Source: the human T2T-CHM13v2.0 reference genome, Homo sapiens
Reading direction: 5' to 3' (one strand)
Length of the DNA: 64,000 nucleotides
NCBI RefSeq assembly: GCF_009914755.1
Contig: NC_060930.1
Part shown: positions 12,810 to 24,590 of the stretch, one piece after another
Layout of the letters: each line of letters starts with the position of its first letter
Position numbering within the stretch: the stretch's first letter is position 1
Notes under the pieces: generated by a model
Database searches by the model: none
The model's input: the letters and a program-made list of their open reading frames with translations, nothing else
What the model was told of the DNA's origin: nothing
Position numbers and translations under genes: made by a program

Positions 12810-13400
12810 GGTAATTACCTACATTACCTACAATGAGCCACATGTCTAAGGCTGTGCAGATGGAGGACATGGCTGCTGAATCTGAGGACTTACAGTCTGG
12901 TAGGGAAGACAGAAGGTAACCAAAGAGTGATTATACTCTCAGCATACATACAGAGTGCCGTGGGCACAGCCAGGACCATCTAGTTCAGTCTGGGGGCAAG
13001 TTATGGAAGGTAATTTGGAGATGATTGAGCTGCATCCTTAAACATAAAGAAGACTTAGCTGATTATAAGTGTGTATACCAATTTGTCTAAAATACTTCGA
13101 GCAGAGTGTGCTCATAGGATATTTACAAGAGAGAATGCTGGAGAGGCAGGCAGGGGCCATATACTTTGTTACTGTTAATATATTTGAACTTTTTCCCAAA
13201 TATTTAGGAAGCCATTAAAGATCTTCAAGCAGGGGTAATAACACATGCATTTGAGGGGTAAAAATTTAAGATAATGAAGAAAATAAATGACCAGGTTGGA
13301 GGCATGCAGCAAAATGGAACAGAGAGCACTCTAAAGAGTCAATGGCAGTAGCACATGTAAGGAATGATAAGGGCAGGCATTAAGTCAATGGTGTCGAAAC
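12810..13400 (-). mobile_element. L2 fragment
   Basis: ggacttacagtctggtagggaagacag...ggagaggcaggcaggggcc...ggaagccattaaagatcttcaagcagggg. Confidence 0.7.
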
Positions 13401-14281
13401 ATAGCATCCTTAGTGATTATACTGTTGGTTTACTTTAATTAAAACTATCAGTGAATTTACAAATATGTGGGTCAATATGAGAATGTATTAAAAACACCTC
13501 ATTTCGTATATAATTGATGTATACTCAAAAAAGAAAAGTTTAGAATTTTGTCCATAGAACAGTATGTTGGAGAAAATAAGGCCTTATGTAACCAAACCAA
13601 GAAAAAAATATAGTATGGTGCTATCCCTAGTCATCCACATTGCCACACTTTGTAATGAATTTCTCTGTACAACAAATTCAGTGCTGCAGTTGATACCATC
13701 AGTGCAAGTAAACAAATATGTTTAGCAGCGTTAAATGTAATTGTACTTTGTTTTTTAAGTCAGACTAGAAATGGAAATGACTTTTTGCAAAGTTTAACAA
13801 TATTAACATCCTACCACAAATTGCATATATTTTTAACTGAAAATCTTGACAAATTTTACCATTCTTAACGATTTGAGAATTTAAGAATTTTTCACCAATA
13901 TTCACAATAAACATTTATCGCACTATATAAACCACAAATTTTAAGGTAGATAATGAAGAAGAAGAAAAATTAACTTGTCCGTTTTGTAAACCAAGTTGGA
14001 AAATGGTGGCATCTACAGGAATTTTTAAGAAACAAATATATTTTTCATAATTACTTTCAATTATTTGATGTTAAGTATTCTGTCATACATATTTTAATCA
14101 TCTCTTATTTCTTGTGACTATTAGTATTCATATTGTCTTCTTTAGGTCATCTTAATATAATAAATCAAAAAATGATTTGTCCACCCTGAACTCTATTTCA
14201 ACCCATAACTACAGGTGACATACAGTTAAATACGACTGGAATTTTCTTTCTTCCCATTTCTTTATTCGCAGACATTTTAAA

Positions 14282-14785
14282 TGTCAAACGTTGGCACTCC
14301 GCAACTCCACCAAGTCACCTGTTTACCAAGCAAAGCTAAGTTTATTAGCCTTATTGCAGTAAGGGAGAACCCCATCTTTACTGAGTAATGTCTCAGAAAG
14401 TTCAGGTCAGGGACACAGTTTCATGGGATCTGAGCACACAAGGTAGAAGGCAAGTCTTTCAATGTGGGCTTCTGATTAGGATTAAGCTAAATCTATGATG
14501 TAATAGTTAGGATTGATGAACGCAATGAAATGAGGATCTTGAAAGGAGCCTTCATATGGAAACAGTTGTTTGTTAAGTCAGCTATTTGCCCAGGTGAGCA
14601 ATCTAGTATCCTGTGTACACACTGTTTAACCAGATGAGCAAAGTATTTGCTCAGATAAATTGGTTGTCAGGAGTTTCCTAAAACACATAGTAAATGTACT
14701 TATTGGTTTCACCCTTTTCTTCCTGGTCAAGAATTTCTTGGAATATATATTAAAGTCCTGTTGACACAGGACGCCTCAGTTTTCA
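14282..14785 (-). mobile_element. Solo ERV LTR (ERV1; possibly MER90/MER110-like)
   Basis: TG...CA ends, ~500 bp, minus-strand AATAAA near 14341 (gctaagtttattag...gcagtaagggagaac); subfamily uncertain. Confidence 0.55.
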
Positions 14786-14811
14786 AAAATATCATGGAAC
14801 ATTTTTTTTTC

Positions 14812-14826
14812 GGGGGGGGGGGGGGG
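14812..14826. repeat. G15 homopolymer
   Basis: 15 consecutive G after a T9 run. Confidence 0.95.
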
Positions 14827-15039
14827 CTTTTTGGGGGTAGGGAGTCAGGGAAGTGATAAACCTCTCCTGAAGTCTTAGAAGCTATTTAGACCTAAGGACA
14901 CAGAGCAAAATTGCCTCCTCTTAGTTGCCTCCTCTTGGACAAACTCCTTGTGTCATACCCATACCTCAAACCCCAAACATGACAATTAGACACTATAATG
15001 CTCAGAATATCATACGTTTTCCGAACCCATAAAAATAAC

Positions 15040-15335
15040 TCAGGATTTCCATCTCCCTAGAATGTCATTGTTGCCATTATTTTGTCTAGCAAGTATCTTC
15101 ACTCTTTAAATCCTTCACTCTCAGGCCCTACCACCCAGGTTTTTCATTACCTTCTCAATAACATTGTAATACCCTTTCATATCTGTAACCAAATCTTAAC
15201 ATACCTCTGTAAACATAATCTCTACCTCTAGGTAGAACTGTGCCCTTTTCATCAATTCCCAGAACCTAACATAATAGTAAATACTCAGTAGATGTTTACT
15301 GAATGAATGAATGAAGTCTGTGAATGAATGAATGA
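15040..15335 (+). mobile_element. L2 3' end with (GAAT)n tail
   Basis: cccagaacctaacataatagtaaatactcagtagatgtttactgaatgaatgaatgaa. Confidence 0.7.
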
Positions 15336-15456
15336 GTAGATAGGTGTGTAGACAGAAAGCTGGATGGGTTTATGTAGAATTTGTAAAAACATTTTTTTCT
15401 TCTTAGAGGAGTAGAGGAGACGTGGCTTCTAGAACATTAAGGATGATTTCTTAACC

Positions 15457-15575
15457 TTCATTTAATCAATAAATATTGATTAAATATATTCCATAAGCCA
15501 AGTATTATGCTAAGCACTGGGTTTTAAATGGTAGGCAAGACCAGTGGTGTGCCTGTCATATTGGAGAAACTGTCT
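15457..15575 (-). mobile_element. L2 3' end fragment
   Basis: ttcatttaatcaataaatattgattaaa...gccaagtattatgctaagcactggg. Confidence 0.65.
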
Positions 15576-15589
15576 CACTGCAGCTACTC

Positions 15590-15700
15590 ACCATACATAA
15601 CTGCTACCACAACTATCCAGACTATCACTGCCACCAAAATCACCCACATAATCTCCACCACCGCCACCACTGCCACAATCACTCTTAGCATCCATATCAT
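15590..15700. repeat. (CAC/CAT)-rich low-complexity tract
   Basis: ccaccaccgccaccactgccacaatcact; source of the Thr-rich and Gly-rich ORFs. Confidence 0.75.
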
Positions 15701-16780
15701 CAGTCAATGAGTCTGGAGATGATCTCATAAGGTTTCTTTGATACAGGAAATATTGCCTAAAGCAGTGTTTCATGAACTTATTTGAATCTGATGCGTTAGT
15801 CTGAGATTCTACATTTTCAATCAGGAGTGACAGGATCTGATGATGTTGGTCAACCACATTTCAAGTAGGCAGGGTCTAGAGAATATTTCAGTCTCAAAGC
15901 ACTCTGTTTCAGAGGACACCATGCTGGAGGAGATCAAAAGCTTCACGAAGTTATAGTCATGAGCAGGGACAGAAATGAGGAGGAAAGTACTTTGAAATTT
16001 TAAATGGAACTCAGTCTTCTAAGTTAATGGAATTTCTCTTATTTCAAAATTCTATTGCCCAACTCCAGCATGAGATCATCGGGCCATTGGCAAGAAACCC
16101 AGAGCCAAGTTTCGTTTTAGTCTGTAAACAAACATACCTTTTACTCAATGGAACTATGGGGTTAAAAGGAAAGCAAAATATGATCTCTGTCTTTAACATT
16201 AAAGAAGAGAAGTATCTGACCTTGTCTGAGTCCAAGGAAAAAGTTCTATTTCCAGAACTAAAGATAGAGGGGTAGGCCATTTTCAATTAAAAATTGTGGT
16301 CCACTATCTAATGTACTGCCTCCCCAACTCTTACTCACTTGGTATGCACTTTATCAATAGAGCATCAAGTTGTTCTACTCCCAACCCTTTACATTTTTTT
16401 ACATTAATTTTCTCACTGCTGTTGCTTCCACAGTTACAAAGTTACCAATGTCAGAATGTAGTCTTCTAATTGCTGCCTCAAATCTAACCTTCTCTCCAAG
16501 TGTTGATGATTGAAAAAAATTATTATACATATCTCAAATCAACTGATAGTCAAAGGGCATTGACTATTTAGAACAGCAATTTACAGTTCTACTGAAAGCT
16601 TAAAACACCACATATTTCTAGAACCTGCTCATTTGGGGAAGTCCTGAGACTTCCATCTTCCCCCCACCAGGCTTCTGGACAGGGAAAACAGATGGACGTA
16701 GACATGTGAGCAAAGCCAGATCAACAGGTTGTAAGTCAGGCTGATTTATACTCACTGTACTATAAGGAGCAAATGCTCCT

Positions 16781-17266
16781 TATATTCATTTTCTATGGCT
16801 GTTATAACAAATTGCCACAAATGGGGCAGCCTAAAAAAACTTACACCACTGTAGTTAAGAAGTATGAAATAGGTCTTACCCTGCTAAAATCAAGGTATCA
16901 GCAGAGCTGTGTCCCTCTTTCAGGGAGAATCCATTGACTTAGCCTTTCCGTCTTCTGGAGTTTGTCCATGTGGCTTGGCCAGTGGCCCTCTTCCTCCATC
17001 TTTCCAGCCAGTAATGGTAGGTTCATTTATCACATCACATTCCTCTGATCTTCCCTTAGGTCTTCCTTTTTCACATTTAAGGATGCTTGTGACTACATTG
17101 GTCCACCTGGATAATCAAAATTATCTCCCTGCTTTAAGGTCAGCTAATTAGCAGCCTTAGTTCCATCTGCAACCTTAATCCCCTTTGCCATGGAACGTAA
17201 CATATTTATAGTTTCCAGGGATTAGGACAGGGACATCTATAGGGGGCTATTATTCTGCCTGCCACA
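16781..17266 (-). mobile_element. MLT1D/E-like LTR
   Basis: ttctatggctgttataacaaattgccacaaa...aaatcaaggtatcagcagagctg...tattattctgcctgccaca terminus. Confidence 0.88.
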
Positions 17267-17350
17267 ATCTACCCTCTGACCTTTAAGATTTATAAGCAAA
17301 ATACAGTCACACTGTCCCAACCACCCCAAAGTCTCAACCTGACAGCAATT
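17267..17350 (-). mobile_element. MLT1-int 3' remnant with polypurine tract
   Basis: atctaccctctg...gcaaaatacagtcacactgtcccaaccaccccaaagtctcaac directly abuts the LTR 5' end. Confidence 0.55.
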
Positions 17351-18986
17351 ATATGAATTATAGTATTATATAAATATTATCTTAATGATATTATATTGTG
17401 ATGAATTTAGCTAATAGCACACTTTAATTGACATTCCTTTAAGATGGCTACTTTCCTCTCTAGCAACCAAAAATCAGACTGTTGACTAGTAGAATATGAG
17501 ACAGGATGGAAGAAGAGAACAAATCTATTGGGTTCGAGATTTAGGCTTTCTAAAGGATTGTAGATTGAAACAACTTCCAGTTTTCTTCACAATATTGAGT
17601 TATTAGAGTTGTTTTCCCCTTAAGATCAAAAGTATACAGTACCCTGGCAGGTCCTGGCTGCCCTCATTCCTACAGAAGGATCAGTTCAAGTTCTTTTAAA
17701 CCTGTAGGAGCCATACCAGTAAAGAAACCTGAGATCTCCAAATTATCTGCCTCCTTAAGTACTTCAAACTACAAAAGAGATAAAGAAAAAACACTGTTCA
17801 ACCAATGTTATTCGACTATAATCCCAGATAATGTTAATTTTAGATGAAATTATGTGATTAAACAATTTTTATGCTTTAATATCTCCCTTTACATTTTTTA
17901 CTAATCCTTTTTTCCTCCAATTCCACATTATATCATGCCTACGTAGCTTGTCTTTTAGTTCTCATTCCCCATGGCTGCTCTTTTATTTACTAGGTTGTCA
18001 CATGAATTTTTCTTAATACATAGCCTTCAAGTATACATGGATCTGAGCAAATCATTTTTCTAGTCTAGTGACAAAAACACTGGCAAATCAAAAATGATGT
18101 TCAGTAGAGGAGCTTTTCCTTGGAGAATATGGCCAGACAGTAGATTTTTCTGCATTTTCCCACAATTCCAATTATGCTTTGCTACATATCTGCCATACAA
18201 AATATATCTAGGTTGTTCCAAGTCAAAGAACAAGACGTATGAATCCCAAATTTGAAAGATTTATAGCAGAACTGCTAAGCGTCCAAACACATCCAGAAAT
18301 TAGCCTTATAAAATAGCTTACACTTCTAAAGCAAAGTGGTGGGCACAATCGCAATCTGGCGTTAGTTCCCTTTGGATATACCAGGTGCACAGTTGCTTCC
18401 TCCTTTTAGTATGTTTTTTTTCCCTCTCTTCCTTCTTATTGAAGACTCCTAAAACAAGATCTCTGGACTACTTTGGTAATTATTCTCCTCAGTGGTTGCT
18501 TAAAACTGCCTACGTTCACCACAGAGTTTTCGTGGTCAACCCTAGATTCTTATGTTGGGATGGCTTTTTCCTTTCCACATAGTCCTCTTGGGAAGGATCC
18601 CTTTTAAAGTGATTCCAAGTCAGTTCCCACTCACACATTCCTACTCCACTAGTGGAAGTGTAGATTTCTCTTTTTCTTTATTCTGTTGCCTGAAACCAAA
18701 ACTCCAGGAAAAACACAGCAAGCCCTCCAAATGCTCCCCTTGGAACTCTTCTCACTTGCATTGGTAGAAAAAAAAAAAAAAATGCTACCCTAAAATATGG
18801 ATGAAAATGATAGTCTCTCCCACTCATTTTCTGCACTCTGTGCTCTTTCATGTTCTTTTTTCCCCAGTCATCACCAAATACATGGGCCATTTGCTATGGA
18901 AGAAAGAACTACATGATGAAAGAAGCTTGGATTCCTGAGTCTAAATTTCTTTCTGTTATCATTTTCTTTTCATGTAACTTACTATC

Positions 18987-19312
18987 ATGAATAGCACAAT
19001 TCCATTTATAATAGTCACAAAGAAAATGAAATACCTAGGAATACAGCTAACCGAGAAGCTGAAAGATCTCTACAAAAACTTCAAAATATCGCTGAAAGAA
19101 ATCAAAGATGACAAAAATAAATGGAAAAACATTCTGTGCTCCTGGATTGGAAAGATCATTAAAATGGCCATACAGCTCAAAGCAATCTACAGATTCAACA
19201 CTATTCCTATCAAACTACCAATGTCATTCTTCACAGAATTCAAAAAAATAATTCTAAAATTCATATGGAACCCAAAAAGAGCCCAAATAGCCAAAGCAAT
19301 CCTAAGCCAAAA
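18987..19312 (+). pseudogene. L1 ORF2 internal fragment (post-RT region, L1PB/old L1PA-like)
   Basis: ORF 18987-19325: [53 protein letters not shown]. Confidence 0.93.
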
Positions 19313-19398
19313 GCCTATTTTATAATAATGTGCTGAATAGCTCATGCAATTTATTGAATACTGTACTAAAAGTGAAAATCAGAATGGTTATATGATTA
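19308..19398 (+). mobile_element. MER47A (Tigger-family) internal fragment
   Basis: aaagcctattttataataatgtgctgaatagctcatgcaatttattgaatactgtactaaaagtgaaaatcagaatggtt. Confidence 0.75.
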
Positions 19399-20089
19399 CA
19401 TTTAGCAAATATTTTACTTTAGAATAGTTTTCTGTTCACAGAAAAAAAATGAAAGTATAATGTTCTCAATACCCTATACCCAGTTTCCTCTATTAGTTAA
19501 CATCTTACATTAGTATGTTACATCCCAGTGACGTCCCAGCATTTGTCACTGGGAACTCTTTCAGTCAGCTCCTGTGTCCCTTTAACATATGCCTCTCATT
19601 ATTGTATTTTATGTGTGTGTGTTGTACTGTTCTGTTTTGCAAGAGGGCATTGAAAAATTCCTTTTTGGCGCTACGAGATGCTCCAGGCTTATCTCGTATG
19701 TTTCCTGCAAAGTCCTAAAATCAGCCATTTCTTCAAAGAACCCTCATTCATTTTATTGAAAAATAATTTTGGAAATCAAGATCTGGGTGCTAGGTGGGCT
19801 TCTTGCTACTGAGGTGTAATTGCTTCTAGACTCTCAATCAACAGAGTAAGGAAGTATCTGCATGTATATTGCTCATGTATGTACACATCTATAAAAATAT
19901 CCATATGTAATGACTTGTATCTATATTAAGCTAAACCTGGGTTCATAATGATACATTTAACTAATTACCACACAGATCATTATATTCTTCTCCCTCTGGG
20001 GTATCTGTAATCTACTGCAACAGTGAGAAATCTGGCTCCTATGATTATCATCCATTTATTTAATTGCTTAATTTCAGTATACATGTATA

Positions 20090-22476
20090 CAGCATACCTT
20101 GTTTTATTGAAATTTGCTTTATTGCAAAAATGTGACACCATGCTCACTTCATGTCTCTGTGCACATTTTTGGTAACACTATTTCAAACTTTTTCATTAAT
20201 ATTACATCTGTTATGGTGAACTGTGATCAGTGATCTTTGATATTACCATTGCAATCATTTTGGAGTGTCATGAACTGTACCCGCAAAAGACAAAATAATT
20301 TTGTGTGTGTTCTGACTGCTCCACTGACCAGTTGTTCCCCTCTCTTTCTCCTTGGGCCTCCATATTCTCTGAGACAATACATTAAAATTAGGCCAATTCA
20401 TAACCCTACAATGGCCTCTAAGTGGTCAAGGAAGAATCACGCATCTTTCACTTTAAAGGCTAGAAATGTTTAAGCTTAGCAAGGAAGGCATGTTCAAAGC
20501 CAAAATAAACCAAAAGCTAGTTTCTTGCACCAAAGAGTTAGCCAAGTTGTGAATGCAAACAAGAAGTTCTTGAGGGAAATTAGAAGTGCTACTTCAGTAA
20601 ATACATGAAGGAAAGGAAAGTTAAACAACCTTATTACTGACAAGCAGAAAGTTTTAGTGGTCTGGATAGAGGATCAAACCATCCACAGCATTCCCTTAAG
20701 CCAAAGCCTAACCCTGAGCAAAGCCCTAACTCTATTCAATTCTATGAAGGCTGAGGGAGATAAGGCAACTTAAAAGTCTAAAGCTAGTAGAGGTTGGTTC
20801 ACGAGGCTTAAGGAAAGAAACCATCTCCATAACATAAAAATGCAAGGTGAAGCAGCAAGTGCTGATGGAGAAACTGCAGCAAGTTAACCAGAAGTTCTAG
20901 TTGAGAAAACTGACGAAGAGGGTTACACTAAACAGTGTTTTGTTTTTTGTTTTTGTTTTTTTGAGACAGAGAGTCTCACTCTGTCACCCAGGCTGGAGGG
21001 CAATGGCATGATCTCGGCTCACTGCAACCTCCACCTCCCAGGTTCAAAAGATTCTTTGCCTCAGCCTCCCATGTAGCTGGGATTACAGGCCACCATGTCC
21101 AGCTAATTTTTGTATTTTTACTAGAGATAGGGTTTCACCATGTTGGCCAGGCTGGTTTCTAACTCCCGACCTCAAATGATCCCTCACCTCAGCCTCCCAA
21201 AATGCTGGAATTATAGGTGTGAGCCACCATACCCAGCCAACAGATTTTCAAGGTAGATAAAAAAGCCATATATTGGAAGAAGATGCCATCTAGGACTTTC
21301 ATAGCTAGAGAGCAGAACTCGATGCCTGGCTTCAAAGCTTCAAAAGATAAATTGACTCGTTAGGGTTTAATTCAACTGGTAACTTTAGTTGAAACCAATG
21401 TTCATTTACCATTCTGAAAATTCTAGAGCTCTTAAGAATTATGCTAAATCTACTATGCATATGCCCTATAAATGGAACAGCAAAGCTTGGATAACAGCAC
21501 ATGTTTACAGCATGACTTACTGAATATTTTAAGCTCATTATTGACATCTGCTTAGAAAAAAAAAGATTCCATTCAAAGTGTTACTGCAAATTGCCAATGC
21601 ACATGGTGACTGAAGAACTCTGATCGAGAGGTACAAGGAGATTCGTGTTGTTCAAGTGTGTCTACTAACACAACTTCTATTGTGCAGACCATCTATAAAG
21701 GAGTAATTTTAATGTTCAAATCTTTTTAAGAAATACATTTCGTAAATCTGTAGCTAGCATAGATAGTGATTACTCCAATGGATCTGGCCAAAGTAAACTG
21801 AAAATATTCTGGAAAGGCCTCACTCATCTAGATGTCATTAAAAACATTCATGATTAATGGGAGTAGATCAAAGTAACAACACTTATACGAGTTTGGAAGA
21901 ACTTGATTCCAAGCCCTCCTGATAACTTTCAGGGGTTCAAGACTTTAGTGAAGGAAATCACTGTAGACGTGGTAGATAGAACTAGATTTAGAAGACGGGA
22001 ACCCGAAGATGTGACTGAATTGCTACCATCTCATAAGACTTGAATGAAGAGTTACTTCTTATACATGAGCAAAGCAAGCGGCTTTTTGAAATGGAAACTA
22101 CTGTGATAAAGATGCTGTGAATACTGTTGAAATGACAAAGAATTTAGAATATTATGTACACTTAGTTGACAGAGAACTGGCAGGGTTTGAGAGGATTTAT
22201 CAAAACTTGAAAGTCCTATGCAGAAAGATTATAACTCACTAAAGGCTTGGATGATTTTTAGAATTTTTAAGTAATAAAATATTTTTAAATTTAGGTATGT
22301 ACATTTTTAGACATAATGCTATTGTACACTTAGACGACTTCATTATAGTGTAACCATAACTTTTATATGAACTGGAAAACTGAAATTTTTTCTGACTCAC
22401 TTTATTATGATATTCACTTTATTACTGTGGTCTGGAACCCTGGAACCAAACCTGCAGTGTCTTTGAGGTATGCCTG
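20090..22476 (+). mobile_element. Tigger1 DNA transposon, near full length, dead
   Basis: terminal repeats cagcatacct... / ...gaggtatgcctg, inserted after TA; transposase start atggcctctaag at 20411; many stops and frameshifts. Confidence 0.95.
20936..21238 (-). mobile_element. AluS inserted in the Tigger1 transposase
   Basis: G-interrupted poly-T tail, dimeric Alu, degenerate TSD aacag..ttt. Confidence 0.95.
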
Positions 22477-24043
22477 TGTACTGGTTTTAGAAACAACTTC
22501 ATCAACCAGAATAGAGTGTTTATGTACCATTTATTTTTCCTTTAGCCTTACAGATTTCACTCACTTCCAAAGTTACTTAGGTCAGCGCCTTTTTCCCTAA
22601 CCCTTTCAGTTAAGTTGTTTCTTATATTTCTAATACAGTTAGATACTTTTATCACATTCTGTATTCCGTTGATACTTCAACTTCTTAATTTTTTTAATTT
22701 GCATATATTAAGGTTCACTCTTTGTAAAGTTGTATATGGGTTTTGAGAAATGCACTTGCAAATGAAATCTGGCATCATAATATCATACAGACTAGTTTCA
22801 CTACTCTTAAGAAGTTCTCTGGGCTTCATCTATTCAATCTTCCCCAAATCCTAAGCCTCTGACAAACACTATTTTCTTTATCATTGTCTTTTCAGAATGT
22901 CATATAAATGAAATTACATAATAGAATAAGACAGTAATAATCAATGGAATACTATAGAATCATAGCCTTTTCAGAATGTCTTCTTTTACTTTTGACTGTA
23001 CATTTAAGATGCATCCATTTATTTACATGGCTTAATAGCTTATTTCTTTTTAGATCTTGATTGTTCCAATTTTTTACGATTACAAATGAAGCTGCTATAA
23101 ACAGCCATGTGAAGATTTTTGTTTGAACCCATGTTGTCTTGATCAGTCTAGGTTTTTGCCTTTCCATATATACTTTAGACTCAGTTCATCAGATATCTAA
23201 ATAGCTTGCCATGATTTTGTTTAGGATTGCAGTAAGTCAAGCTGTGAAGAATTGCCATCTTGACAATATTGAGTCTTCCAATCAATGAATATAGTGTATC
23301 TCTACATTTATTTAGATATTTGATTTCTTTCATTAATGTTTTGTTTTCTTCAAATCCTGTACATATGTTAGATTTATATGTAAGTATTTTCTAGGTGTCA
23401 TTGCAGACATTTTTTAATTTTTTAGTGCTGGAATATAGGAAAGCAATTGACATTTGTATACAGATCTTGTATCCTGTGACCTTACTATAATTGCTTATTA
23501 GTTCCAGTTTTTACACAAATGGTTTGGGATTTTTCTACGAACACAACAATATCATCTGCAAATAAAGACTGCTTATTGCCTTGTCACCTTGTTTCTTCCT
23601 TTCCAATCTGAAGTTTTCTTTTCTTTTGTCTTACTGCTCTATCTAGGACTTCTAGTATGATGTTGAATAGAAGTGATAATATAGAATAATCTTGCTTTCG
23701 TCCCAATTTTAGGCAAAAAGTACTAAGTCTATAGTCTTCATCAATTTGAGGCAGTATTCTGCTATACTGTTTGCTCAATTTCTAAATCATGAATGTGTGT
23801 TGCATTTTGTCAATGCTACATGTTAAAAATATGGCCCTATGATTTTTCTTCTTTAGCCTGTACATTGGCAGATTATATTGATTTTTAAATATTGACCCAA
23901 GCCAAGCATGCTTGCCTGAAATATCACTTACTAATGGCATATAATTAATATATTATTAGCCCTGATTTACTAATATTTTGCTGAGTTTTTTTTTTTATAT
24001 CTATGCTCATTGGATATATTAATTCATAGTCTTCCTTCTTTGT

Positions 24044-24590
24044 TGTTGGGAAAAGCTGAGTGTTGGGAGAAGTTGAGGCAGGGCTTGCATGTCTGACGTA
24101 ACATAAAATTCTTGGAACATGTCCAGGGTGCAGGGTCTAAAACCCCTTGTGGCCTTTGTAACACCAAGCTCTGTGCTAAAGGGTGGAAGACCACCCTGAT
24201 GCACCATAATCTAAGCCCAGGTCATAAAACCCCTCGTGGCTTGGACAGAATACAGGGCTCGTGGCTCTGGAATGTATCTAGACTTGCTGGCTCCTTGCTC
24301 CCTGCTTTCCCGGGATCGATTGTAAAAGAACAAATAGCAGAGCATATGCTAAACCATCACAGCTGTAAAATCATGTGCTTAATGCAACACTCCCTTTCCA
24401 CCCCACATTCTTACCACCTGTTTGATCACCAATAAATAGTCTTGGCTTCCAGAGCTCGGGGCCTTCGCAGCCTCCATACACTAGCCATGGCCCCCTGGTC
24501 CCACTTCTCTCTCAAACTTTTTCTCATGCCTTTGACTCTGCCGGACTTCCTCACTCCCACGACCTGGTGTTGGGTCTGATCACCCCAACA
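24044..24590 (+). mobile_element. Solo LTR14B-like (HERV-K14/HML-1) LTR
   Basis: starts tgttgggaaaagctgagtgttgggagaag, ends ctggtgttgggtctgatcaccccaaca; AATAAA at 24431; flanks tttgt/cttgt are TSD-like. Confidence 0.85.

Noticed and set aside
14911-14936. ttgcctcctctt repeated in tandem; also an 11-bp inverted repeat at ~45382-45410
   Set aside because: Short slippage-type events with no further structure
18987-19325. 112-aa ORF with real protein similarity
   Set aside because: Internal L1 ORF2 fragment with no promoter or splice context; not a host CDS
20411-22100. Possible domesticated Tigger1 transposase (TIGD1-like)
   Set aside because: Interrupted by an Alu and by many stops and frameshifts; the ORF track shows no long transposase frame
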